The translations under genes and the position numbers were made by a program. DNA of 54,896 nucleotides from a virus (lineage: Duplodnaviria; Caudoviricetes). Shown here one piece after another: positions 11,601 to 18,615 of the stretch. The number at the start of each line of letters is the position of its first letter. Position 1 is the first letter of the stretch. Location of the stretch: positions 1-54,896 of the IMG/VR virus record IMGVR_UViG_3300002219_000827; one strand, 5' to 3'. The notes below the pieces were generated by a model. It did no database searches and was not told the origin of the DNA. It saw only the letters and a list, made by a program, of their open reading frames with translations.

Positions 11601-14600
11601 TCAAACGCTCCGAGAACATGATCCGGATGAGATTTCCAGTATTCATTGATCTTGATATCGCCGTTCGGGGTCGTATGGTCAACGACATCCATCCAGCCAC
11701 TGCCGGCCAGATCCGTATTCGACTGCTCGCGCTTCTTCAGGACGATAATATCGGTAACAACATCAGTACCGGCGTACTGCTTGAATGCACCGGACGGTAG
11801 ACGGAAGGCTGCAACAAGATCGCCTTTCTTGGCAAGCTCCATCCTGGTCAATTTGCCGATTTTGTCCATGGTGCCGGAACTGGTAACGCCGATTATCAGG
11901 CCACCGGGCCGCACCTGATCGATAGCTTTAAGAAAGAAGTAGTCATGCAGAGAGGGGCTTATCTGCCGGTAACGACGGTCAGCCGGGCCGTCTTTGGCAA
12001 ACGGCCAGTTACCGATGATAAGATCGTAGAAATTGTCTGAGGTTTTGCTTTCCTGGTAACCCTTGATCTGGATATTTGCCTGCGGGTAAAGAATCTGTGC
12101 CATTCCGCCGGTCAGGGTATCAAGTTCAATACCGGCCAGCTTGCTCCGCTCCATGACGTTACGTGGCATGAGGCCAAAGAAATTGCCTATGCCAATGGAA
12201 GGCTCAAGGATCCGGCCGCCCGCGAAACCAAGCCTTGCGGCAAGCTCCCACATCGCCCCGACAGTGGGAGGATCAGTATAATGGGCATTGATGATAGAGT
12301 TTTGGGCACTCTTCCAGTCTTTTTCGCCAAGGTGTTCCCGTAGCCACTGGGATTCCTTTTCCCATTCCGGTTTGGGTCTTGGATGATCCCAGCTGCCCTG
12401 GAACAATTCTTGTCCGAATGAGCCCCAGCCGGTATAGGCCGCCATATAATCAAGTTCTTCAGGGGTAGGTGTTCTGCCTTCGGAAGTGATCGACTGCAAC
12501 GCCTCGATAGCCGCCCTGTTCTTCGCAAAACGGACCTTCGGCGTGCCACCGACAAGTTTTTCGGGGTCGCTAATGTGGTAATTTGATCGAGCTAGGTTTG
12601 GTTCGTCTCCCAAGGAAAGTGAGGCTCGGGCTCCATCTCCTCGTCGTTCTCCGCTTCCTCCATTTCCATCATCAGCCAATCCTGTTCGGCTTGTTCCCGT
12701 GCGTCCGTCGCGCACATTCCCGCCTTCAGGTTTTTCGCTATCGCTTCGTCGCACTTCGCGTCGAGGACGTGAGCCAGTTCCTTCGCTGTCCCCATCGCTG
12801 TCAGACGCTGCCACATCTGCGGCCGGTACAGTTCCCAAAACTTCAGCATCCGCTCCTGCACCTGTCCGCCCTTGCCCAGTGTCAGCTCTTCCAGCCTGGC
12901 CGATTCCTTCCGCACCCATTCCGCGAACGTCGGATCTTTCCGCAACGGAACCACTCTCGGATCGTTCATTTTCCACACCTCCATCCACAGACGAATTAAA
13001 CTCGTCCTCATTAAAGAGTTTATCAGACTCCTGACTATCCTGCAACCCGGTTTTTTCTTCGATTTTTGCCTTCTCACCAGATTCAATCTGAGCTTCCGTA
13101 TCCATCCCGGCATTATCAAAACCGGGATAGTTCCGCACTGCCAGATAGAAGGCTTTCAGGAAAGGACTGATTGCTTCTCCAAGATCTGTAACCATTCGCT
13201 TCGAATACTCCGTAAACGAACGGGCTCCCGCCTCGATATGGTACCCGGCAAGGTCTATCCCAGCTTGGATCATCTCCGGATCAAGCCCGGCATTCAGCTG
13301 AGAAAGTTTCTTGCGCAGGATCTCCCGGGCACGGTCGGCCTTGTCCTTGGTAAAGACAGCATTCTTGTCACCATAGGACCCTTCGGAGTTTTGAGTTTTT
13401 GGTTTTGAGTTTTGAGTTGAATCCTCCAGCTCCTTTTCAGTTTCAGCTACTGGACCTTTCTCTTTCTCGACATCTATCCGCTGTTCACTGTCAACTGTCC
13501 CCTGCCTTTCCCCTACTTCCGCTTTTTCCTTCGCTTCTCCCTGTTGTTTATCAAGGTCCGCTCCTTTCCCCTTCAGCGCAGCAGTAACCGGATGATCAAC
13601 CTTTGTGCTCGGCAGTGCCGCTATCTCTTCAGGTGACAGATCCTCGAGCTCTTTTCCTCCGCTTTCCACCTGGGCCTGGACTTTCCATTTATCAATCCAG
13701 CCTTCCTTGATCCTCTTACCCAGCCAGGCAGGCCCCAGCGTCTTCTTACCGGCGTACTCTTCCGCAATCAGATCAGCAATCTTACCGGCTATCGCTTCGT
13801 CTGCTCCCCCAGCCTTCAGCTTTGCAACGATCTTTCCCCAATCCTTCAACCAGGGGAATAACTCTTCCTTATTGCTCCGGCCGTTGTCCATCGACCCGCG
13901 TTCCCAATAGGAGGCCCTTTCACGAGCCGACTGGAGAAGACCACGATCCGCGTCCGTAACGCTGCCAAGCATGTCTGCATCAGGAGTGTTTGACGGTGCT
14001 TCCGGAGCACGCCAGCCATTTTTGAGCCGGTCCATAACTTCATCAGGCGTCACCATCTCGGTTACACCGGTCTCGGGATTGACCAGGGAAACATTGGCAT
14101 ACTTCGGCCCTGTCTCACCCTGGTTTACAATTGGCACTTCTGCTCGCCGCTTAAATGAATCCAGTATCCGCTGCGCATAGGTATTCGGATGCTCACGGAC
14201 CTGTCGCATCAAATGAGTTTTCCCGGCCTTAATTTCTCCCTCGGCCCAATCACGGGCTTCATCAAGTACCAGTTCGTCCGTGGTGGTCCCTTGAATAGGC
14301 GGCACTGAAGCGGTCACGGGAGCAGCCTCGATGTCCCCGATCCCCGGAATAGCGTTAGCCGTGGCCGCTTCAGCCGCCCGGCTCAATGGACCTTTCGGCG
14401 CTTCCGGCAAAACCGGTTGCTCCTGAGCCTCCAGATCCACTACCGGATGAGGAGGTTCACCGGCAGTAAACGAATCAGCCTCGATAGAGGCAGGTTCAAG
14501 GTTCGAGGTTTGCGGTTCGAGGTTTTCATCTTTAGCCGGTACCTGTTTTTTCCCGCTTCCACTAATGACGCCTGTACCACCGCCCATAGCCAGTCCTGCC

Positions 14601-15436
14601 ATCAGGCCTGAGGCAGCAGCTTCAGCCACACCTTCATGCCATGGTCTACCCAGCGAGATATTCTGTGCGGCCTGTTCTTGTGCTGACTGAGGAAGTTCTT
14701 CAAAGGCTCCTTCAGAAATTGCGCCTTTCACGATACGTAGCAGAATATTTTGTTTCTCACCCTGGGCGGTCCCACCGGCCAATAACGTATCGATATCCGC
14801 AATTCCAAGGCGCTGTGCCAGTTTTCCACCCAAAAGGCCAAACAATCCCGTTAATGCACCACTGCCGGCAGATACTGCCGATTGCTTCAGGGAAAGATCA
14901 CCGTGTTCGGTTGCCTGCCTCGTTTGCTCTGCCGTAGCCCCAGCGCTTATCACCCCTTCCCCCAAAGCACCCGCAACAACAGGTGCTAATTTGGGAAGAA
15001 CTTTCATGGCCTGCCTTGCGACTCCAGCTCCTCCCAACATAGAGGGGATAGACTCAATTATTGAATGAGCGACGGTCGACGGGTTTTTAACGTGTTCCAC
15101 TATTGTCGGAATAAAACCTTCAGCCTCTTCAACGGCTTTATTGGCCTCTTGTTGTTCCGGAGAATACAGATCGTCAAGAATTATTTTTGCCTCTTTTGGC
15201 CGGTATCCTACTTTTTCCGCGAGTCGGCCTGCCTCTCCACCCGTGGCAATATCAGCAATACCAACTACCGCTTCAGGAAGACCTATTGCCCCCTTCAGTG
15301 CAGATATTGCAGGATCAGCTACATACCTGCGTAACGCTCCAGATTGCTTTACAGGTTCAGGCTGTGTCATTCTGTCCAGCTGCCCCTGGTAATCTTCAAG
15401 CTCCATCTGCGCCAAAAGGTTGTCGTAGATATTCAT
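2669..15436 (-). CDS. Giant (4255 aa) DarB-like polyvalent ejection protein: N6-adenine MTase + SF2/SNF2 helicase + metallopeptidase-like + PLxRFG-like domains
   Basis: ILEPSIGIGNFF and IGNWPF (MTase); HEVGTGKT, DEVH, TGTP, QRNGRGHRQGN (helicase); LLEEVVVHHGLR; WLPRNHGEGDY; last gene of the virion module. Confidence 0.85.
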   Translation of the reverse strand: MNIYDNLLAQMELEDYQGQLDRMTQPEPVKQSGALRRYVADPAISALKGAIGLPEAVVGIADIATGGEAGRLAEKVGYRPKEAKIILDDLYSPEQQEANKAVEEAEGFIPTIVEHVKNPSTVAHSIIESIPSMLGGAGVARQAMKVLPKLAPVVAGALGEGVISAGATAEQTRQATEHGDLSLKQSAVSAGSGALTGLFGLLGGKLAQRLGIADIDTLLAGGTAQGEKQNILLRIVKGAISEGAFEELPQSAQEQAAQNISLGRPWHEGVAEAAASGLMAGLAMGGGTGVISGSGKKQVPAKDENLEPQTSNLEPASIEADSFTAGEPPHPVVDLEAQEQPVLPEAPKGPLSRAAEAATANAIPGIGDIEAAPVTASVPPIQGTTTDELVLDEARDWAEGEIKAGKTHLMRQVREHPNTYAQRILDSFKRRAEVPIVNQGETGPKYANVSLVNPETGVTEMVTPDEVMDRLKNGWRAPEAPSNTPDADMLGSVTDADRGLLQSARERASYWERGSMDNGRSNKEELFPWLKDWGKIVAKLKAGGADEAIAGKIADLIAEEYAGKKTLGPAWLGKRIKEGWIDKWKVQAQVESGGKELEDLSPEEIAALPSTKVDHPVTAALKGKGADLDKQQGEAKEKAEVGERQGTVDSEQRIDVEKEKGPVAETEKELEDSTQNSKPKTQNSEGSYGDKNAVFTKDKADRAREILRKKLSQLNAGLDPEMIQAGIDLAGYHIEAGARSFTEYSKRMVTDLGEAISPFLKAFYLAVRNYPGFDNAGMDTEAQIESGEKAKIEEKTGLQDSQESDKLFNEDEFNSSVDGGVENERSESGSVAERSDVRGMGAEGIGQAGRADTGQGRTGAGADAEVLGTVPAADVAASDSDGDSEGTGSRPRREVRRSDSEKPEGGNVRDGRTGTSRTGLADDGNGGSGERRGDGARASLSLGDEPNLARSNYHISDPEKLVGGTPKVRFAKNRAAIEALQSITSEGRTPTPEELDYMAAYTGWGSFGQELFQGSWDHPRPKPEWEKESQWLREHLGEKDWKSAQNSIINAHYTDPPTVGAMWELAARLGFAGGRILEPSIGIGNFFGLMPRNVMERSKLAGIELDTLTGGMAQILYPQANIQIKGYQESKTSDNFYDLIIGNWPFAKDGPADRRYRQISPSLHDYFFLKAIDQVRPGGLIIGVTSSGTMDKIGKLTRMELAKKGDLVAAFRLPSGAFKQYAGTDVVTDIIVLKKREQSNTDLAGSGWMDVVDHTTPNGDIKINEYWKSHPDHVLGAFDFASGGPRGRGGMTVNRPSNYAERLARIVELVPAGIYDARSETKKIISYITNNTTDRQQSVTVGDNGGLYVVQGEYLAPLKELVSYEVKSEKETRERENQIASLVKIRKAYGALIDAERAGEPADALRNDLRSQYETFVKKYGRINDSNGLTFIRKAGDPFYATLAALEVTENSSKGTVYRPAKILSESTVRSTRTIANPSVQDAYVLARNENLNIDLNRVAELTGRPLNDVTRDLLNSGSIFLTPAGNYEVSDQYLSGNVRRKLREAEAAQADGMEMSRNIEELKKIVPPDQPYYKIEAKLGAPWVSPDHYKRFIADMLGEQGESGIDVAFQLGAWKVKFTRDGLNGKPEATTVWGHPSYKFNKLVQAAMNNSAITVWGRDEDGNKVVDSVATAEANEKAGRIREEFSTWVWKDSARKLALEKEYNEVMNAIADTKYDGSFLNFEGMALTRGSSPFSLRKHQVDAIWRGLVNRGGLYAHEVGTGKTYTMGGIAVESRRYGIAKKPLIFAHNANSATVSREIQEMYPAAKVLYVDNLTPDKIDVTMRQIANDDWDAVVVPHSLISRFGLTRETLNELAAEEISALEQEAIEAAQDDGVELSISDMNDEEAMKKVRSVTAKNLVHARNRIIKKIDEMAMRASRENAVSFEQLGVDMVMVDEVHEFKKPPITTKMRMRGLNTATSDQSLALHLLTGYVKRMNSGGGVHIFTGTPITNTLTEIYHMMRYVMDGEMERSGIKAWDSWFNTFADSSSDVELTAAGDYEAVTRLASFVNVPELRRMMGQYTDIVFADDMPEFKPREVNGKTLQDATLTAEERDRLVNGRNEDPIGRPYKKIIVETCPMGSQQRVILGELARLAKVFRQASPKERREIMLSGHPASPVLVETAAANAGMDVRLVNKDSYDDPESKVNRCVRNLLKIYKEHDKTTQVLFMERGFSDKSTSTKTNKDGTKTKTTKDRFNLSKDIVDKLVAGGIPREQIAIIDGKVNKEKRKQTADAMNRSDIRVVIGNTKTLGVGVNMQENLRAIHHLDAPWMPGELEQRNGRGHRQGNKWNTVLEIRYLTEKLDGRRWQVLVIKDRFIKAFLKAKDDVRVIDGDAVNMDESDNVSDLAQTLSEAAGDPRILLREKYKKDIEKLQNRERMHAFGIEDAEEAANKSEKKIDDSKRRRGIIDKMIERYEGARETFSASIGKETFTDRAKAQEALDARLEKMGRFSDKEKIGVIYGFDIVGRWSQFSEKYEISLTMPDAWPEGKYKSRNWADEQDRNYIENFLEAKPSVASMEAILRNLKKHNESAKDQETSLTESVKTLRQSAKETFPRAAELEKKKQMLADLMSDLEGNPIPPPSWLRHGAPEGGDVYVKGKPYPVTGHQWTSDGYFVTVDKGSSTENVPYLEVADENGSPVFEERDFESPRIATRASQEGNPRYAVAAGQASFGLPAGDIQTAFEPVYKNMPNSPPWRVVQTTAELPKRALDDAAKRGIPQRLLQAVYLGNEVVYVADNFRSVEEAKQVLLEEVVVHHGLRGIMAKDAYEKHMLQAALWYANKRNAEWKELAARYGLDLKTRDGRIEAAEEMLGRDARTGMDSTILSKVIAAVKEFLRSIGWNAGYGDAEIRELLGKARRFVEGKEGTRNEDKGSGIDYGAMLRSLREQGVTDDQLETFANWQPGGARFAFSPKQYQAFDEDTVTGYENVSDSLMGFGKESKGYSETKYPFELDVYYSFDGETWYDDSIKGMNPLHAFERARRNWVGASVKTLPLDTKFALARLEDVKGQIVDKGVSLNTTEREVLEADKAKAIEAIETTVRDYDEPGRLLFRAFYEADQQHSPGVVPFNPDRGHYAAGEDLKGSWWTTSYATAQEIAWSKARDGRTVKIVALPVDKLPTGRVFIQNTNPPGFVYDLFVGLPADVLMADVQEMPVDTGIRYALADRFSGYVGEMKGGEAWKKIARMLNPLDWSRAKRWFVDVTPQNILNGAAYFLQNPDATTDENKRPFVDTGIKREETKMEYLLRFFGFDGPAAEAPGLLERLKKTYSQWENSDRTTEWGRITDAFNKLPVADREGVDLLLYRGDLHGKVYKTLEMVKEDKKAAGVSDQAFAVYQKVRTHIDTVVADSIEDMSRQFMYDAGLPKELIEKHLSDYRNRLAERPGWLPRNHGEGDYQVNVYQVINGLKWDVRGDKDSMQALLPYFPSAEVAAELKKLTARLGLKYQHLPNGGQLVTTYKNATAVFKKKIEKLQAKIATATTEEKKKLGTELDELQHAKLMAESMPSEQIKRFQEKASEIIPKLQLENELLIERRKAALKQAIEDGEAPSTIKDHENELQKLGSGRIRVKVYMRLQRTESKAGQHHAEVEKDLKKAIPHNYLDWAQYETEHRFVDQLTEDMYGDMKNDFAMEQAQLEAINRASKTGEISKNEAAALRQKILQSTAEVLMARGAGAHRIRRAPYLIEGYDADNTINGYHDYMTGTAGMLSKARYAQEQFEHFRYAKPEVKKWAHKYIVDNLRNMGFADQVSGNMRAVATLTYLGFKVSSMLINSTQPWTLGIAELGRHTKRSAIWAIGKAQKDILSGKLSESDKRLFASEIFKLQEMETAVHEMSGQREGVTGKVSSFMHTLTDKALMPFQEVELLNRKTVILAAYRTFRADGLSRDESLQKALAVNRAVNFEMSRANLPGFAQKPLGRTVYALQSFMWNTWNWIFNRMTSGEKEDMKALLRYAVSTAIIGGAMALPGGDELDKLYQMFFGESPKLAFRKWTSKHAKEYGSLGEMIHGFAWHGAASAAGVNISNAIRLQIPIVSPLIGGESLPDAAGGVMTGLVQKGSRAAVAASRGDIYRTMENLSPEVLAGAMRAYRMSTKGATSYSGKVLFDENGKPMKYTGGEAIKRTLGFQPSRVSERSDLMNIEYGLKAHWKEERSDLLAKLRMAAPGAERKEVMLKIMRFNKDLRESQASGLVPIIKAQTIKQALSAKPNKRKMAWEQEQLT
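12592..12969 (-). CDS. Nested alternative-frame gene (125 aa, MNDPRVVPLRK...) inside the giant ORF
   Basis: GGAGGT RBS 7 nt upstream of the ATG, internal promoter and globular helical composition, while the main frame is low-complexity here. Confidence 0.65.
   Translation of the reverse strand: MNDPRVVPLRKDPTFAEWVRKESARLEELTLGKGGQVQERMLKFWELYRPQMWQRLTAMGTAKELAHVLDAKCDEAIAKNLKAGMCATDAREQAEQDWLMMEMEEAENDEEMEPEPHFPWETNQT
13017..13045 (-). promoter_or_regulatory. Internal sigma70-like promoter for the nested gene
   Basis: TTGCAG-N17-TAAACT about 50 nt upstream of the ATG at 12969. Confidence 0.5.
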
Positions 15437-16974
15437 TATGCCTCTCCCCGAAGTTGCTTCAGTTGTTTTCTCAGCGTGGAGACCTCGTTCAGAATGGCAT
15501 CCTGTCCCGGTAGGTTTCGTCCCGGCTGCATGTTTTTAGCCTGGGCCTTCAGTAATGCCTCAGCCTGCTTGAGTTTCCCGGCAACAATCATGGTTTGGGC
15601 TTCCTTACTGCCGCTGGCCCGCTGCCGAAGATCCTGTATTACTCTCGATTTTATAAATCCTTCAGAGACAGACTGCTGTTCTTCAGGCGACAGGTCTTCA
15701 GGGCTTTTCCCGACTGCCTGCGCATATGTGGTTTTGGCCTGCTCCAAATCAGCGGTATTTTCCGTCAGGTACTTCCTCCAGTAATCGTGCCTGTCGGTCA
15801 GGAATTTATCCGCGTCTTTCTTCTCGGCCGCCAGTTCCTTGGCTTGGCCTTGTTTGATGCCATCGGGACTAATGCCAAACTCCCTGGCCTTCGCTTCTGC
15901 AAGGGTATTCTTCGTTTGTGCCTCTATCAGCGGAGCATCGATAGCCAGCAACTTATTCTTGTGCGCCATCTCGTTTTCCTGATTCAAAGAATCAATCGCC
16001 AACCTCTGCCCCTGCTGATCGACAAACTGCTGTTTCTGCAGATCCGTAATCTGCGTATCGTAGCGACCGTCCTTATTATTCGCCGCAAGCACATTCACCA
16101 GGTCGGTATTACCCATCCCCAAGGTCTTCATCTGCTCCGCTGTCGGAGCCATGCCGTTAGCCGCATTGATCCGCACCGCATCGGCAACCTGGTCCTTGTA
16201 TGCCTGAGAAACAATCCCCTGATCCTGCCGGTCAATCAGATTACCCACGAGACTGTTGGAATTCTGCGCCTGCCCCTTTACCCGCCCGGAACCATCATGG
16301 CCCGGTTTCAATGGATCCCCGATCCCGCCGATATCCTGATACTTGACCTTCTTCCCGCCGAAGATAGCGGACCCGCTGCCGGGATCATCACCAATTGCCG
16401 GAGCCGTCTGTGCCGCCGTCGGGAAAGCAGGAGGAACAGAAAGAGCCGGCGCCGCCTTTTCAAGTGCCGTGCTGATCGTCGGATTCCCTCCTACCGCTCC
16501 GACTGCCGTGTTGGCCGCAAGATTCGAGAGAGCAGCAGGCACGGCAGCCGTGGTTTTTACCGGCAGCTCCGCTGCTTCCGCAACACTGGCAACCCCGGGA
16601 ATAACCGTCCTTCGCCCCTTTACCTGCCCCAGACTCTCCGCCATATAGTTGGAAATCTTCGCACCTTCCACCCTGTTTTGCGCTTCCGGAGAAGTATATT
16701 CATAAAGCTTGCCCTCCTTGTCCCCCGCGATCGCATTCGCAATCGACCCGGAAAACCCTCCCACCAACGACTTGACCGGCCCGGCCCCTTCATCGGCCAA
16801 CTCCTGAGCATTCATAAACCGGTAGGACTTCATATCCGGAGTATCCCCGATCCCCGGAATGGCAGCGGCCTTCTTCCGGACCGGCTTCACCGGAGAGGCA
16901 GAGACATCGGCAATGCCCAATCCGCTCTTGATCTGCTTCACTTCGTTATCCGGCAATCCCCAAGCGTTCGCCAT
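15436..16974 (-). CDS. Probable internal virion/ejection protein (512 aa)
   Basis: Ala/Gly/Gln-rich with a helical C-terminus; directly precedes the giant protein. Confidence 0.55.
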   Translation of the reverse strand: MANAWGLPDNEVKQIKSGLGIADVSASPVKPVRKKAAAIPGIGDTPDMKSYRFMNAQELADEGAGPVKSLVGGFSGSIANAIAGDKEGKLYEYTSPEAQNRVEGAKISNYMAESLGQVKGRRTVIPGVASVAEAAELPVKTTAAVPAALSNLAANTAVGAVGGNPTISTALEKAAPALSVPPAFPTAAQTAPAIGDDPGSGSAIFGGKKVKYQDIGGIGDPLKPGHDGSGRVKGQAQNSNSLVGNLIDRQDQGIVSQAYKDQVADAVRINAANGMAPTAEQMKTLGMGNTDLVNVLAANNKDGRYDTQITDLQKQQFVDQQGQRLAIDSLNQENEMAHKNKLLAIDAPLIEAQTKNTLAEAKAREFGISPDGIKQGQAKELAAEKKDADKFLTDRHDYWRKYLTENTADLEQAKTTYAQAVGKSPEDLSPEEQQSVSEGFIKSRVIQDLRQRASGSKEAQTMIVAGKLKQAEALLKAQAKNMQPGRNLPGQDAILNEVSTLRKQLKQLRGEA

Positions 16975-16998
16975 CTGCCACCCCCTTATTTCCGGTTA

Positions 16999-17019
16999 CG
17001 TTCAATATTATTGTGAACA
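16999..17019. promoter_or_regulatory. 21-bp motif copy 2 (CGTTCAATATTATTGTGAACA)
   Basis: Lies just downstream of the promoter at 17031-17059. Confidence 0.6.
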
Positions 17020-17030
17020 ACAATTTCCCG

Positions 17031-17059
17031 AATATACTCTTAACGTTCCTGTGTCGCAA
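17031..17059 (-). promoter_or_regulatory. Sigma70-like promoter for ejection-protein genes
   Basis: TTGCGA-N17-TATATT. Confidence 0.5.
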
Positions 17060-17300
17060 GGAAATATGAACCGCCATACACGAGCGGAAACATCAGCCAA
17101 TCTCCATACACCAAAACAACCGCCAGAGACACCCAAAACCCGGTACACATGCGACATTCGAGAAGGTGCCTTGGTGGATTGCCCTTGAATAGCCAGGGCG
17201 TCTTCGCCTTGATCCACTCGCGGAAATTGTAGAATATACCACCGTTCACCAATACCGCCGTCAAAATGTATGCTCCGAATATCTCAGCTATAATTTTCAT
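17040..17300 (-). CDS. Small membrane protein (DUF1360-like)
   Basis: Hydrophobic, LLECRMCTGFWVS motif. Confidence 0.55.
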   Translation of the reverse strand: MKIIAEIFGAYILTAVLVNGGIFYNFREWIKAKTPWLFKGNPPRHLLECRMCTGFWVSLAVVLVYGDWLMFPLVYGGSYFLATQER

Positions 17301-17307
17301 TGAATCC

Positions 17308-18297
17308 TCACACTGGAGCGATTGGGTAGAATACCGGGTTGTCTCCCTTGTCTGCCATTTCCGTTAGCGTGATAATATCTTCCTCTGAACCGTCTGCGTT
17401 TATCAGCTTGTTATAAACCCCGCCAGGATGTAGTTGCGAAATGAAAATGTCACCGCCATTATCTACCGCCCAGGAGCCCTGCGGGAACGGGTCACACAGA
17501 GGCTCAGACGGTTGCGAAGTGCTCCCGTTTGCCAGCTCACCGCTTTCGTGACAGATCCTTCGGTGTTCGTTGCGGTCCGCAAGGTCCACGGCTTCATTGC
17601 TGGTCAATCCCCGCAACCACTCAGGGAAGTACAAATCGTACCCTCCGTCATCGTACCAATGATCTTGGAAGAGGTAGTAATCCTGGGGCACATTATTTTG
17701 AGGTGTGCCGGTGAATGGAGGCAATGCTATATGTAGCTCTCCGGCAGACGCATTTGTTTCCGATTCGTGCAGAGTGGTGACTACGCCGTTGACCAGAAGT
17801 CTTGTGCGGGTGGTGGTCGTAAACGGTAGGTTGCTGAAATGGAAATCGTGCAGAAGAAACGTCGAGCCGTACTGGTTCCAGAGGATACTTTCACCACTGG
17901 TCTGCGAGAACTCCATAAGTGTTTCCACTTCTCTCCACACGGCAATCCTATTTCTCGTGTCCAGGTAAATTATCTCTGAGTCAATGATCTGGTAGTGCTC
18001 GCTGAAAGTGGCAGTCACTACGCTCCCTGTCCCGTCATGGATAAGATACGCCGCAGTCTGGTCCTGGAACTCACATGCCTCCGGGTTGACGAAATTGAAA
18101 CCCCGTTGAGTGGTCATCAAGAAATCCCGCACACGACTACGCAATACTATCTCTATGCCGCCGACAGTGATTGTGTCCCTGCTGTTCTTCTGGTGTTCAA
18201 TGCGGTACGATATGTCCTCCTGGTCTATAAAAAGTCTCTTGGCATCGCCTGGACAATAAAACTTATCAGGGTTATTGTTGGCATTGCAGTCGGCCAT
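17308..18297 (-). CDS. Hypothetical tail-region protein (329 aa)
   Basis: Long ORF tightly packed in the virion operon; beta-rich composition. Confidence 0.6.
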   Translation of the reverse strand: MADCNANNNPDKFYCPGDAKRLFIDQEDISYRIEHQKNSRDTITVGGIEIVLRSRVRDFLMTTQRGFNFVNPEACEFQDQTAAYLIHDGTGSVVTATFSEHYQIIDSEIIYLDTRNRIAVWREVETLMEFSQTSGESILWNQYGSTFLLHDFHFSNLPFTTTTRTRLLVNGVVTTLHESETNASAGELHIALPPFTGTPQNNVPQDYYLFQDHWYDDGGYDLYFPEWLRGLTSNEAVDLADRNEHRRICHESGELANGSTSQPSEPLCDPFPQGSWAVDNGGDIFISQLHPGGVYNKLINADGSEEDIITLTEMADKGDNPVFYPIAPV

Positions 18298-18615
18298 TTA
18301 TCTAACCCTCCCCCCGCCACAGCTACCACATTCGACTACTCCAGGGTTTCCGGGTACTGGCGGTGGCAAACCTTTCGACTTGTGGGTTGAAAACGAAGTG
18401 AGGGCATCGTCAAACGACTGACCCTTGCTCATGTAATAGTACACAATGCCCACTATTTGAACATATCGTTCCATGGTGAACATCGTGTCAACTCCGTTTT
18501 GCCCACACTCCGACAGGAAGGTGTCGTAGTCAAATCGGTCCCGCATACCCCTCACAATGTCAATCCACGTTTTCGCTGACTTCATTAACTGCATCTCCAT
18601 TCGTATTTGGTCCAT
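18298..18615 (-). CDS. Hypothetical protein ending CGSCGGGRVR
   Basis: Packed in the operon; exact start uncertain. Confidence 0.55.
   Translation of the reverse strand: MDQIRMEMQLMKSAKTWIDIVRGMRDRFDYDTFLSECGQNGVDTMFTMERYVQIVGIVYYYMSKGQSFDDALTSFSTHKSKGLPPPVPGNPGVVECGSCGGGRVR

Noticed and set aside
15595-17016. 473-aa plus-strand ORF (also 7733-9055, 22872-23915, 27007-28158, 35051-35977)
   Set aside because: Antisense shadows of well-supported minus-strand genes; no recognisable motifs
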